Source of the DNA: Octopus sinensis
Taxonomy: Eukaryota
Length of the DNA stretch: 13,277 nucleotides
NCBI RefSeq assembly: GCF_006345805.1
Contig: NW_021826181.1
Coordinates: 1 to 13,277, forward strand
Direction: 5' to 3'
This document shows, in pieces, positions 1 through 8,041 of this stretch. Each line of letters opens with the position of its first letter. The first letter of the stretch is position 1. Below the pieces are notes generated by a model, which was not told the origin of the DNA, searched no databases, and worked only from the letters and a program-made list of their open reading frames with translations. Both the position numbers and the translations under genes were made by a program.

Positions 1-277
1 CTACCACTACCGCTGTCCGTTCCCCTACCTTTAGTCGCAAATTCTAAGGGTAAATTTAGGCTAAATAAGAAGAGGATCTCTCACAATGCTGGTATCGCCA
101 CTCGTGACAGCAGTGTAAATGATACATCGAAACAAACGTGCACACAGCGCTACCTATGAACATTTAAGTGAACTAGAAAGGTGTCCGCCGTAAGTTTAAG
201 TTGCTCCTCGTAACTTATCCGGATTAAAGGAGGTGCCGGATCATTAGTTGCCGGAAAGTCAGCGATTTACTTGTACA

Positions 278-293
278 TGTGTGTGTATGCGTG

Positions 294-328
<35 letters not shown>

Positions 329-332
329 GTGG
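278..332. repeat. (GT)n microsatellite
   Basis: Nearly uninterrupted GT dinucleotide run; source of the spurious HT/VC-rich ORFs 224..472 and 271..618. Confidence 0.95.
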
Positions 333-934
333 GTGGGTTCGTGTTCGTACGTCGGTTTGTTGGAGGAATGTGATAGGAGCACGCAATACAGAGGATATGT
401 TTGTTTATGTGTGTCTGTGTGCGTGTAATCTGTTTTGCGATATCGCAAATGTGTTGTGCGATGTCTTGTCATATTTTACGGTCTTGTCCGCCCAAGCAAA
501 CGATTTATCATCCTCTCTGGAAAACCGAAGCGACGAAGTATATTCAATGTATATCGATTTATCTTCCAACACACCACGCAATAACAATAAATCAACGCAT
601 GCCCGATGTATGTCATAAAACGCATTATTCATCTAATTTCGATTCTATATATATATATATCGTGGCGGTTAGATGTTTCCACCGAGGAGGACCAAAAGAC
701 CGAATCATATGATTTGGGAATTCCGGCGCCCATGACAGACGAAATCCATCTGCTACGATTTGTGTGCTTTTGTGAACCAAGCACCTATATGAGAGGGTCT
801 CTCGATGCTAATAGCGCAGTATTCGGTGTCCTAACAAGGTATTCATCTAAGTTGGATATAAAGACTCCTTTTTGGTATTAATACTGATTCTGTCGCTGAT
901 AATTAATTTAAAAATGAACCGTTTGTATATTCTA

Positions 935-1501
935 TTGGGTTGTCCGGAAAGTTCATGCCGAGTTTTAAAGGAAAGAAAAAGGTCAATAAATACTTGCCAT
1001 TACATTTTTAATCAACCAAATATGAACCATTTTGTTGCACTATGCTTCTCTATCTTTCCTTTAACTTGAAAATACCCTCTTTCCAGAGTTGAGGTGGTTT
1101 CATGGCAAAGAATTCATCGAGGTATCTTTTTACGTCATTCAAGGAATTAAAATTTTTACCATTAACAATATTCTGCAGAGGCCTGAATAAGTGGAAATCC
1201 GAAGGTGCAATATCTGGTGAATATGGAGGGATGGAGTAACACATGCCAGCCGAGCTGCAGCAATTTTTGTCTGGTTCCCAAATCATCAAGTGCCGAAAAT
1301 GAACTTTCTTATCTTCCATTTTAAAGGGTTACAAAATTAACACAGGTTATAGGAACATAAACCTTCTTCCACGAAAAGATAGCTTAAACTGTGCTCTAAA
1401 CGGAGGTGTAGTCAAATCCTATTTTATGGACTCAACCATGTTCTAAAATAAGTCGAAAGGTAAGCTACTATAAATCGGCACGCACTTTCCGGACAACTCA
1501 A
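935..1501 (-). mobile_element. Internally deleted (non-autonomous) Tc1/mariner element, 567 bp
   Basis: TIRs TTGGGTTGTCCGGAAAGTTCATGCCGA (935-961) and the reverse complement of 1475-1501 match at 24/27. TA dinucleotides flank both ends (933-934, 1502-1503). The interior carries mariner transposase N- and C-terminal remnants. The TIR start and the N-terminus are reminiscent of mellifera-type mariners (tentative). Confidence 0.93.
1008..1319 (-). pseudogene. Mariner transposase remnant: N-terminal 15 aa fused to the C-terminal ~85 aa
   Basis: MEDKKVHFRHLMIWE (N-terminus) is joined at ~1275 to TRQKLLQLGWHVLLHP (alternative frame), then PPYSPDIAPSDFHLFRPLQN (YSPDL(A)PxD motif) ...KEGIFKLKER*RSIVQQNGSYLVD*. 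A premature TAG at 1050-1052 replaces the conserved W, and the native stop is at 1008-1010. The HTH and most of the DD34D domain are deleted. Confidence 0.9.
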
Positions 1502-1666
1502 TACTTTACTGTTCACAGTCAGTTCTATCAAACTATTGTATTTTAATAAAAGATTTAAGACGAATGAATGAAAAGCTAAGGTGTCTATGAATATAGAAAT
1601 GTGTTATTTATTTGGATCGTCGAAGCTTTCTCCCTACAATTCACATGATATACTTAGTAGTATTAA

Positions 1667-2083
1667 GGCGGCGAGCTGGCAGAAACGTTAGCACGCCGGG
1701 CGAAAATGCGTAGCCGTATTTCGTCTGCCGCTACGTTCTGAGTTCAAATTCCGCCGAGGTCGACTTTGCCTTTCATCCTTTCGGGGTCGATAAATTAAGT
1801 ACCAGTTACGCAATGGGGTCGATATAATCGACTTAATCCGTCTGTCTGTCCTTGTTTGTCCTCTCTATGTTTAGCTCCTTGTGGGTAGTAAAGAAATAGA
1901 TATTTCATCTGCCACTACGCTCTGAGTTCAAATTCCGCCGAGGTCGACTTTGCCTTTCATCCTTTCGGGGTCGATAAATTAAGTACCAGTTACGCACTGG
2001 GGTCGATATAATCGACTTAATACCTATGTCTGTTCTTGTTCGTCCCCTCTGTGTTTAGCCCCTTCTGGGTAGTAAAGAAATAA
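1667..2083 (+). mobile_element. tRNA-derived SINE (family 1), head + 2 tandem 184-bp units
   Basis: Head GGCGGCGAGCTGGCAGAAACGTTAG with A-box-like TGGCAGAAACGTTAG (1677-1691). B-box GAGTTCAAATTCC at 1740-1752 and 1924-1936. Units 1716-1899 and 1900-2083. Probable 12-bp TSD TAGTAG(T/A)ATTAA at 1655-1666 and 2087-2098. Two further copies lie in the window. Confidence 0.92.
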
Positions 2084-2371
2084 ATATAGTAGAATTAAGC
2101 TTAAGTTCAAATTTCTCAATTTCACATTTTTTAATTTCACAATAGTCGTGTGAAACCCAACTGTTCGGTAAACATTTTATACATAATCTAAATCTCAAAT
2201 AAACTCTCAGAGCCAACTCTAATTTCAAATTGTTTCCCAGCAATGAAACTACAACCTAACTTCTAGAGCACAACACACAAAGCAATAATTAAATCTAAAC
2301 GGTATTCTCGTTTCAAGTTTAATCGTGTTAAATTTAATCACAGCTCTAACCTGTAACATACAGTTCAACAT

Positions 2372-2658
2372 TTCGGTCACGAATGAACATGGGATTGCAC
2401 CTAGAAAGTTCCTCTCTGAGGCACAAGTCCAGACAAGTTTGTTTGTGGAAGATCAACAGTCGCCGATACTTACCAGTGTCCCCTCTCCACACCACAGATG
2501 TTCACCGAGGGAAAGGCAAAGGGGCCGATACAGATTGGCACCAGTGATGTCACAACTCATTTCTACTACTGAGTGAAGTGGAGCAACACGAAATAGTATC
2601 TTGCTCAAGAACACAACTCGGCCCGGTCCGGGAATCGAACTCACAACATCACGATTGT
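2372..2658 (-). mobile_element. tRNA-derived SINE (copy W), 5'-truncated, CORE-like central segment
   Basis: Minus strand has B-box GAGTTCGATTCC (2642-2631), then GTTGTGTTCTTGAGCAAGATACT...TTGCTCCACTTCACTCAG...AAATGAGT, homologous to 10957-11071 of the SINE at 10936. The 3' part is different. The A-box is missing. Confidence 0.85.
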
Positions 2659-2977
2659 CTTCTACAATAGCCTGGGGTCAACTAAAGCCTCGTGAGTGGA
2701 TTTGGTAAACGGAAACTGAAACAAGCTTGTCGTTTATATATATGTGAGTGTGTGTGTTTGTGTCTGTCTGTCTGTCTTTGTCCCTCCCACCATTGTTTGA
2801 CAACCGGTGTTGGTGTGTTTACGTCCCCGTAAATTAGTGGTTCGGCAAAAATAGATCGATAGGATAAGAACTAGGCTTACAAAGAATAAATCCTGGGGTC
2901 GAGTTGCTCGACCAAAAGTGGTGCTCCAGCATGGCCCGCAGTGAAATAATTGAAACAAGTAAAAGAATAAAAGAATA
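2656..2977 (+). mobile_element. 5'-truncated SINE (copy V) with internal (TG)n tract and (AAAGAAT)n tail
   Basis: Shares the TCGATA..AAG.AC.AG...CTGGGGTCGA...TCGAC domain (2856-2912) with SINE family 1, has an internal microsatellite, and ends in an A-rich repeat tail AAAAGAATAAAAGAATA. Recognised from memory as the body of an abundant octopus SINE; no tRNA head is present. Confidence 0.78.
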
Positions 2978-3035
2978 TGGGTCAATGACCAGTTACAATT
3001 GTGTTAAATGGTCAACTTTTTTGGCGCACCACAAA

Positions 3036-3068
3036 ACCATTCCGGGGACGTTTTGATACTACCTCGTA
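3036..3068 (-). mobile_element. Possible solo, degenerate mariner TIR
   Basis: Minus strand reads TA|CGAGGTAGTATCAAAACGTCCCCGGAATGG, resembling irritans/Hsmar2-type TIRs (TA|CGAGGGGTCTTCAAAAAGTTCATGGAA). No partner TIR or transposase seen. Confidence 0.35.
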
Positions 3069-3084
3069 TAATGTTTAGGGTCAA

Positions 3085-3345
3085 GTGTACGATCACCAAA
3101 AGAGCAGATCAGATAAATTTAAGCGACTTTTATACAGATACAAAAATAAACGCCGTAAGAGGTCCGACTCGGCTTAATATAATCCTAACTTACTCGTTTA
3201 CCGAGACTCCCTATCGAGATATTTCTTTTTATAATTGTTTTGTTTTCCCCTCCTCTTCTTACCTATATGTATTTCGAAGGGTGTGTTCATCTATTTCTGA
3301 AGTGGGTGTGTAGTAGCTTTCAATCATCTATTTAAAGTCAGCTCT
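3085..3345 (-). repeat. Unclassified diverged repeat, copy A (inverted relative to 5470-5757)
   Basis: Reverse complement aligns to 5470-5757 in collinear blocks: 3277-3311 vs 5501-5535 (32/35), 3232-3250 vs 5547-5565 (19/19), GATAGGG..TCTCGGT.AACGAGT (21/24), 3141-3159 vs 5680-5698 (17/19). Confidence 0.85.
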
Positions 3346-3369
3346 AAGTTCGACGTATAATATCTTTAA

Positions 3370-3765
3370 CTAGCAGTATCGCCCGGCGTTGCTCGGGTTT
3401 GTAAGGGAAATAACTATATAAGCATTTTTAAAGATGTAAAGTATAATAGCCATCTCAATATGGCTAACCACAAAGGGGGGGTGTTACTGTAGCTTTTTAC
3501 GTTCTGAGATTTAATAATAAATTTTTAGAGAGTTACTTCTCTTATATATGCCAAAAATGCATTAAAAATGGGAAAAATTGATGGTAATTTTTTTTTTAAA
3601 TCGTAGACTCATAGTAGACGTGCGCTAATACCCAGAAGGGCTCGATATGAATCACGACTATAAGATACCCGGTTTTGGTTAAACTGCACCGCAAAATGTG
3701 GGAGCAGTTAGGAATCTAAATCGTAGGAGACAGACAGCACACAACCTCTCTTTTATATATAAAGA
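3370..3765 (-). mobile_element. Non-autonomous Helitron, 396 bp
   Basis: Minus strand begins TC (TCTTTATATATAAAAGAGAGG, 3765) and ends CTAG (3373-3370). A GC-rich subterminal hairpin CCCGAGCAACGCCGGG (3397-3382) lies ~12 nt from the 3' end. It is inserted between A (3766) and T (3369) on the minus strand with no TSD, which are the canonical Helitron hallmarks. Confidence 0.85.
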
Positions 3766-3899
3766 TTTCAAGCTCAACTCTAAGGCCAACATGAAATAGA
3801 GCGTTTCAATCGTAGCTCAATTCTGCGTTCAACGTATAATACAAAAGATAATTTAAACGCAAATCAGTTTTTATTGAGTCAAAGACTTGTGTGTTCTGA

Positions 3900-3976
3900 G
3901 ATCCAAGGCTACCCAACCCAATGGAGGAGAGGTGATAGGGACATTTCAATATTCCCCCTATGGAGCAACATTATAC
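3900..3976 (-). pseudogene. Probable 3' continuation of the old RTE LINE fragment beyond the SINE insertion
   Basis: Continues the QGIMLL frame (GIMLLHRGNIEMSLSPLLHWVG*PW), weakly matching the RTE ORF segment G.TLLD......EPLLL.IE...LRW. The TSD links it to 4394+. The left boundary is approximate. Confidence 0.45.
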
Positions 3977-4393
3977 CTATTTCTTTATTACCCACAAGGG
4001 GCTAAACATAGAGGGGACAAACAAGGACAGACATAGGTATTAAGCCGATTACATCGAACCCCAGAGCGTAACTGGTACTTAATTTATTGACTCCGAAAGG
4101 ATGACAGGCAAAGTCGACCTCGACGGAATTTGAACTCAGAACGTAGCGGCAGATGAAATACCTATTTCTTTATTACCTACAAGGGGCTAAACACAGAGAG
4201 GACAAACAAGGACAGACAAACGGATTAAGTCGATTATTTCGACCCCAGTGCGTAACTGGTACTTATTTAATCGACCCAGAAAGGATGAAAGGCAAAGTCG
4301 ACCTCGGCGGAAATTGAACTCACAACGTTGTGACAGACGAAATACCGCTCAGCATTTCGCCCAGCGCTCTAACGTTTCTGCCAGCTCGCCGCC
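3977..4393 (-). mobile_element. tRNA-derived SINE (family 1), head + 2 tandem units, inserted in an RTE fragment
   Basis: Head 4393-4346, units 4345-4162 and 4161-3977. TSD TTATAC(C) at 3971-3977 and 4394-4400. Confidence 0.92.
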
Positions 4394-4720
4394 TTATACC
4401 TTGGACATTATACAGCAACATTATACCTTGGACTCTTCGGAGGAATCCCGTTTCGGCCACTTGTATTTGCGATCGTTCTCTTTCGGCCAGTACCTAACAT
4501 CGATGACCATCACTGAGCATGGACACTAAAACTGAACTAAAGGTACCAAGTTTGGGGATTTGAATTCTGATGCTGGTTCATTAGTCTACTAGCAGCGGCA
4601 ATTCTAGCTTTCAGTTCAGCCTCCTGCTTTCCATCAGTTGGGAATACGGTCCCGGGATACGTAAACTTCTTCATTAGCCTCAGGGATGTCCCACTAACAT
4701 ATACAAGGACATTAAGTTGA
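4394..4720 (-). pseudogene. Old, degraded RTE-clade (Expander/RTE-1-like) LINE fragment, RT C-terminal region
   Basis: KKFTYPGTVFPTDGKQEAELKARIAAAS (4671-4588) matches the RTE motif EKFKYLG..F.SDG....E...RI..AS. After a frameshift, KLGTFSSVLVSMLSDGHRC*VLAERERSQIQVAETGFLRRVQG matches KL..F..V.VP.L.YGHE.W...ER.RS..QA.EM.FLRR..G. Frameshifts and stops are present. Confidence 0.8.
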
Positions 4721-4839
4721 ACACTGCAAGACGTCTGCAATCATTATAATGGGTGAGACAGAAAATGGCGGAATTAATTGTTGGCTGTTTTGTACTTGCT
4801 AAGATTTCGTCATCCACGTATCGTTTAACCATTCAACCC

Positions 4840-4840
4840 C

Positions 4841-4882
<42 letters not shown>
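4840..4882. repeat. (CT)n microsatellite
   Basis: CT run with one interruption. Confidence 0.95.
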
Positions 4883-4885
<3 letters not shown>

Positions 4886-5004
4886 AAACATAAAGAACAT
4901 GGGAGATTATACACACACAACACACACACGCCCTCGTGCACATATATTTGCTTGTGTGTAAACAGCGTTTGAATACGAATATGCAGTGTACGAGTTTACG
5001 CATA

Positions 5005-5310
5005 AATATAAATATATACATATAAATGGCTATATATATATATATATGTGTGTGTATATACATGTGTGTGAATCTGTGTCTGTGTGTATTCCTGTATTAT
5101 GTACGTATGTATATGCGTGTGTATGCCTGCATATATGCATATGTATGGTGCATGTGTATGTACATATGTGCGTATGTATACATGCGTGTATGTACGTGCG
5201 TATGTACGCATGTACGTACGTGCAAAAAAAAAAATATATATGTATGTATATGTATGTATATGTATGTATTTACGTACGGAACGGCGTGTATATACATCAG
5301 TGCATACAGC
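5005..5310. repeat. Compound (TA)/(TG)/(TATG) low-complexity tract
   Basis: Alternating purine-pyrimidine degenerate repeats; generates the overlapping Y/I/M/C/V/H/T-rich ORFs on both strands. Confidence 0.9.
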
Positions 5311-5469
5311 ATAATATGCCCCCGTATCAGTAAGTAGCAATCTACGGGTGATATTTGCATATCTGGTGTTGTGTAGGGCCTCGATATTTAGGTTATCATA
5401 GCAAACGTCAACGCATGTTTCTGTTTCAACGCTGGTGACTCAACTGTGAATGACAGAGGAACCTACATA

Positions 5470-5757
5470 AAGCTGTTTCAAATACAGGTTGAGCGCCACC
5501 ACACACCCTCTTCAGAAATATATAAACACACCCTTTTTGAAAAGGGGGGGAAAACAAAACAATTAGAAAAAGCAGTATCTTGATAGGGGATCTCGGTGAA
5601 CGAGTGAACTGGAGCTATATTAAAAGTGTGCACAAGAATGGCTGAGAAGTCACGCTTCGCAATGCGCCGAACTTGACTCCTTACGGTGTTTAGTTTTGGG
5701 TTTTCCTACAGATTCTTTCAGATCCTTTTTGGATTCGGCTTCCTTGGTTGATCCTCA
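5470..5757 (+). repeat. Unclassified diverged repeat, copy B (inverted relative to 3085-3345)
   Basis: See copy A. Relative to copy A it lacks ~18 bp near 5536 and has an extra ~40 bp at ~5623-5665. Confidence 0.85.
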
Positions 5758-5903
5758 TGAGACGGCGAAATACTTACATCGGTCTATTAAATAACATGGC
5801 GTACATAGGACAATGAAATATTATAAGGTCGGAAAGACGTCCGGATGTATGTCAAGATGCATTTTTAAAAAATGCTTATTTTGCAGCAAGTATTAAATAA
5901 GTG

Positions 5904-6268
5904 GAGGCGCAATGGCCCAGTGGTTAGGGTAGCGGACTCGCGGTCATAGGATCGCGGTTTCGATTCCCAGACCGGGCGTTGTGAGTGTTTATTGAGCGAA
6001 AACACCTAAAGCTCCACGAGGCTCCGGCAGGGGATGGTGGTGATCCCTGCTGTACTCTTTCACCACAACTTTCTCTCACTCTTACTTCCTGTTTCTGTTG
6101 TACCTGTATTTCAAAGGGCCGGCCTTGTCACTCTCTGTGACTACGTTAAGGGTACACGTGTCTGTGGAGTGCTCAGCCACTTACACGTTAATTTCACGAG
6201 CAGGCTGTTCCGTTGATTCGGATCAACCGGAACCCTCGTCGTCGTAACCGACGGAGTGCTTCCATTCC
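5904..6268 (+). mobile_element. Full-length tRNA-derived SINE (copy X)
   Basis: A-box TGGCCCAGTGGTTAGG (5913-5928), B-box GGTTTCGATTCC (5956-5967), (TTCCA)2 tail, and a perfect 12-bp TSD ATTAAATAAGTG at 5892-5903 and 6269-6280. The 3' half is homologous to 11073-11256, with a ~21-bp internal deletion near 6140. Confidence 0.93.
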
Positions 6269-6809
6269 ATTAAATAAGTGTGTGTGTGTGTGTCCATTAC
6301 TATCACAAGTCATCATGTCAAACAATGCGACGGGCATTTCTTTTCTTTACAACCTGATACCATGTGACAAGCGTGAATTCAGTTCACTCATGTACTGTAC
6401 TCCCCGATGTTGAGGACGCAACTTTTCTCCTAAAGTAAGTCTCATAGATTTATCGAGTGGTGTTGAGGATGACGTTTGCCTTTTCCATGAGTCATATTAA
6501 CCCCAGAGAAAATTCTTGTGTGCTGAACACACTGCATCACTGCACTATACGAAATAAAACTGAACATTTAAGCATTCTGTGATTAACAAGATCTATGATG
6601 TCACTAAGCCACTAACAAAACATCCCAGATAAAAGAAAGTTGTTTACACACACACACACATTCAAAATTCTTATGTCAAAATTGTGCTGCGTCTTTGAGG
6701 TCAGCGTAGCCTCGGGATTTGTCAATGCGGTATATAACCTCCACAAAATTAGAGAGAAACATTGCACAAATATTTTGTATGATTCGTGACATTAATAGAG
6801 GACCATGAA

Positions 6810-7411
6810 GGCGGCGAGCTGGCAGAGACGTTAGCACGCCGGGCGAAATGCTTAGCGGTATTTCGTCTGTCGCTACGTCCTGAGTTCAAATTCCGCCGAG
6901 GTCGACTTTGCCTTTCATCTTTTCGGGGGTCGATTAAATAAGTACCAGTTATGTACTGGGGTCGATATAATCGACTTAATACCTATGTTTGTCCTTGTTT
7001 GTCCTCTCTGTGTTTAGTCCCTTGTGGGTAGTAAAGAAATAGGTTTTTCGTCTGCCGCTTCGTTCTGAGTTCAAATTCCTCCGAGGTCGACTTTGCCTTT
7101 CATCCTTCCGGGGTTGATTAAATAAGTACCAGTTATGCACTGGAGTCGATTATATCGACCTAATCCGTTTGTCTGTCCTTGTTTGTCCTCTCTGTGTTTA
7201 GCCCCTTGTCTTGTAGGTAGTAAAGAAATAGGTATTTCGTCTGGCACTACATTCTGAGTTCAAATTCCGCCTAGGTCGACTTTGCCTTTCATCCTTTCGG
7301 GGTCGATTAAATAAGTACCAGTTATGCACTGAGGTCGATATAATCGACTAAATCCGTTTGTCTGTCCTTGTTTATCCCCTCTATGTTTAGCCTTCTGTAG
7401 GCAAAGAAATA
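6810..7411 (+). mobile_element. tRNA-derived SINE (family 1), head + 3 tandem units
   Basis: Head 6810-6857; units 6858-7042, 7043-7231 (5-bp CTTGT duplication) and 7232-7411. Each unit has the B-box GAGTTCAAATTCC. The 3' flank runs into microsatellite, so no TSD is visible. Confidence 0.93.
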
Positions 7412-7955
7412 TATGTGTGTGTGTGTGTGTGTACATATACACACACATACATATATACAGAGGCACGCGCATATACTCACACATATACATCCACACGTAT
7501 ACACTTATCCGCGCCTATACGTATATACGTATACATATATAATATACATGCGTAGATACATTGATGTGTATGCGCACTCACACGTGCATGCGTTATACTT
7601 TTTACCCACCACTCCTAAAAAGAAATTAATATATATATATGTATTTATGTATGTATATGTGTGTGTGTATGTTTATATATATGAATATATACATGTATGT
7701 ATATATATATATATGTATATGTATATATATGTATGTATGTATATGTATATATATGTATGTATATGTATATATATGTATCTATATATATGTATATATATAT
7801 GTGTGTGTGTATATGTATGTATATATGTATTTGTATGTATGTATGTATATACATAGGCATATGTTCGTATATATGCATATATACGCAGGTATATTTATAT
7901 ATATGTATATATATATTTATATATATGTATATATATTATATATATATATATATAT
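7412..7955. repeat. Long compound (TG)/(CA)/(TA)/(TATG) microsatellite tract
   Basis: Degenerate alternating purine-pyrimidine repeats; source of ORFs 7413..7856, 7639..7980, etc. Confidence 0.9.
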
Positions 7956-8041
7956 AAAATTAATTAAGGGTAGAAATTGATATTTATCAATTAAGACCAG
8001 TGGTCTAGCATATTAAAAAAGAATCCGAAGATTAAAATATT

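Noticed and set aside
224-712. ORFs 224..472, 271..618, 401..712, 405..632
   Set aside because: Driven by the (GT)n run or lacking any recognisable domain; mutually overlapping on both strands.
709-720. ATGATTTGGGAA is the exact reverse complement of 1275-1286, ending at the mariner deletion junction and reading MIWEF
   Set aside because: Only 12 bp with no convincing similarity on either side; several 12-mer matches are expected by chance in 13 kb.
3008-3313. 101-aa ORF on the + strand
   Set aside because: No recognisable motif; it overlies a diverged repeat and a possible TIR remnant.
4833-5360. Seven overlapping ORFs rich in Y/I/M/C/V/H/T
   Set aside because: Translation of alternating purine-pyrimidine microsatellite.
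5778-5783. Possible 6-nt microexon on the minus strand (TTTAATAG|ACCGAT|GTAAGT) and a nearby Lys/Glu-rich frame at ~5655-5755
   Set aside because: No supporting flanking exons or clear upstream UGC motif, and the nearby frame lies in repeat copy B; chance splice-like signals are common.
6235-6262. GTAACCGA shared between the SINE X/Y tail and the RTE 3' end (8875-8882, minus), suggesting a SINE-LINE partnership
   Set aside because: 8-bp match only; genuine SINE/LINE 3' homology normally extends over tens of bases.
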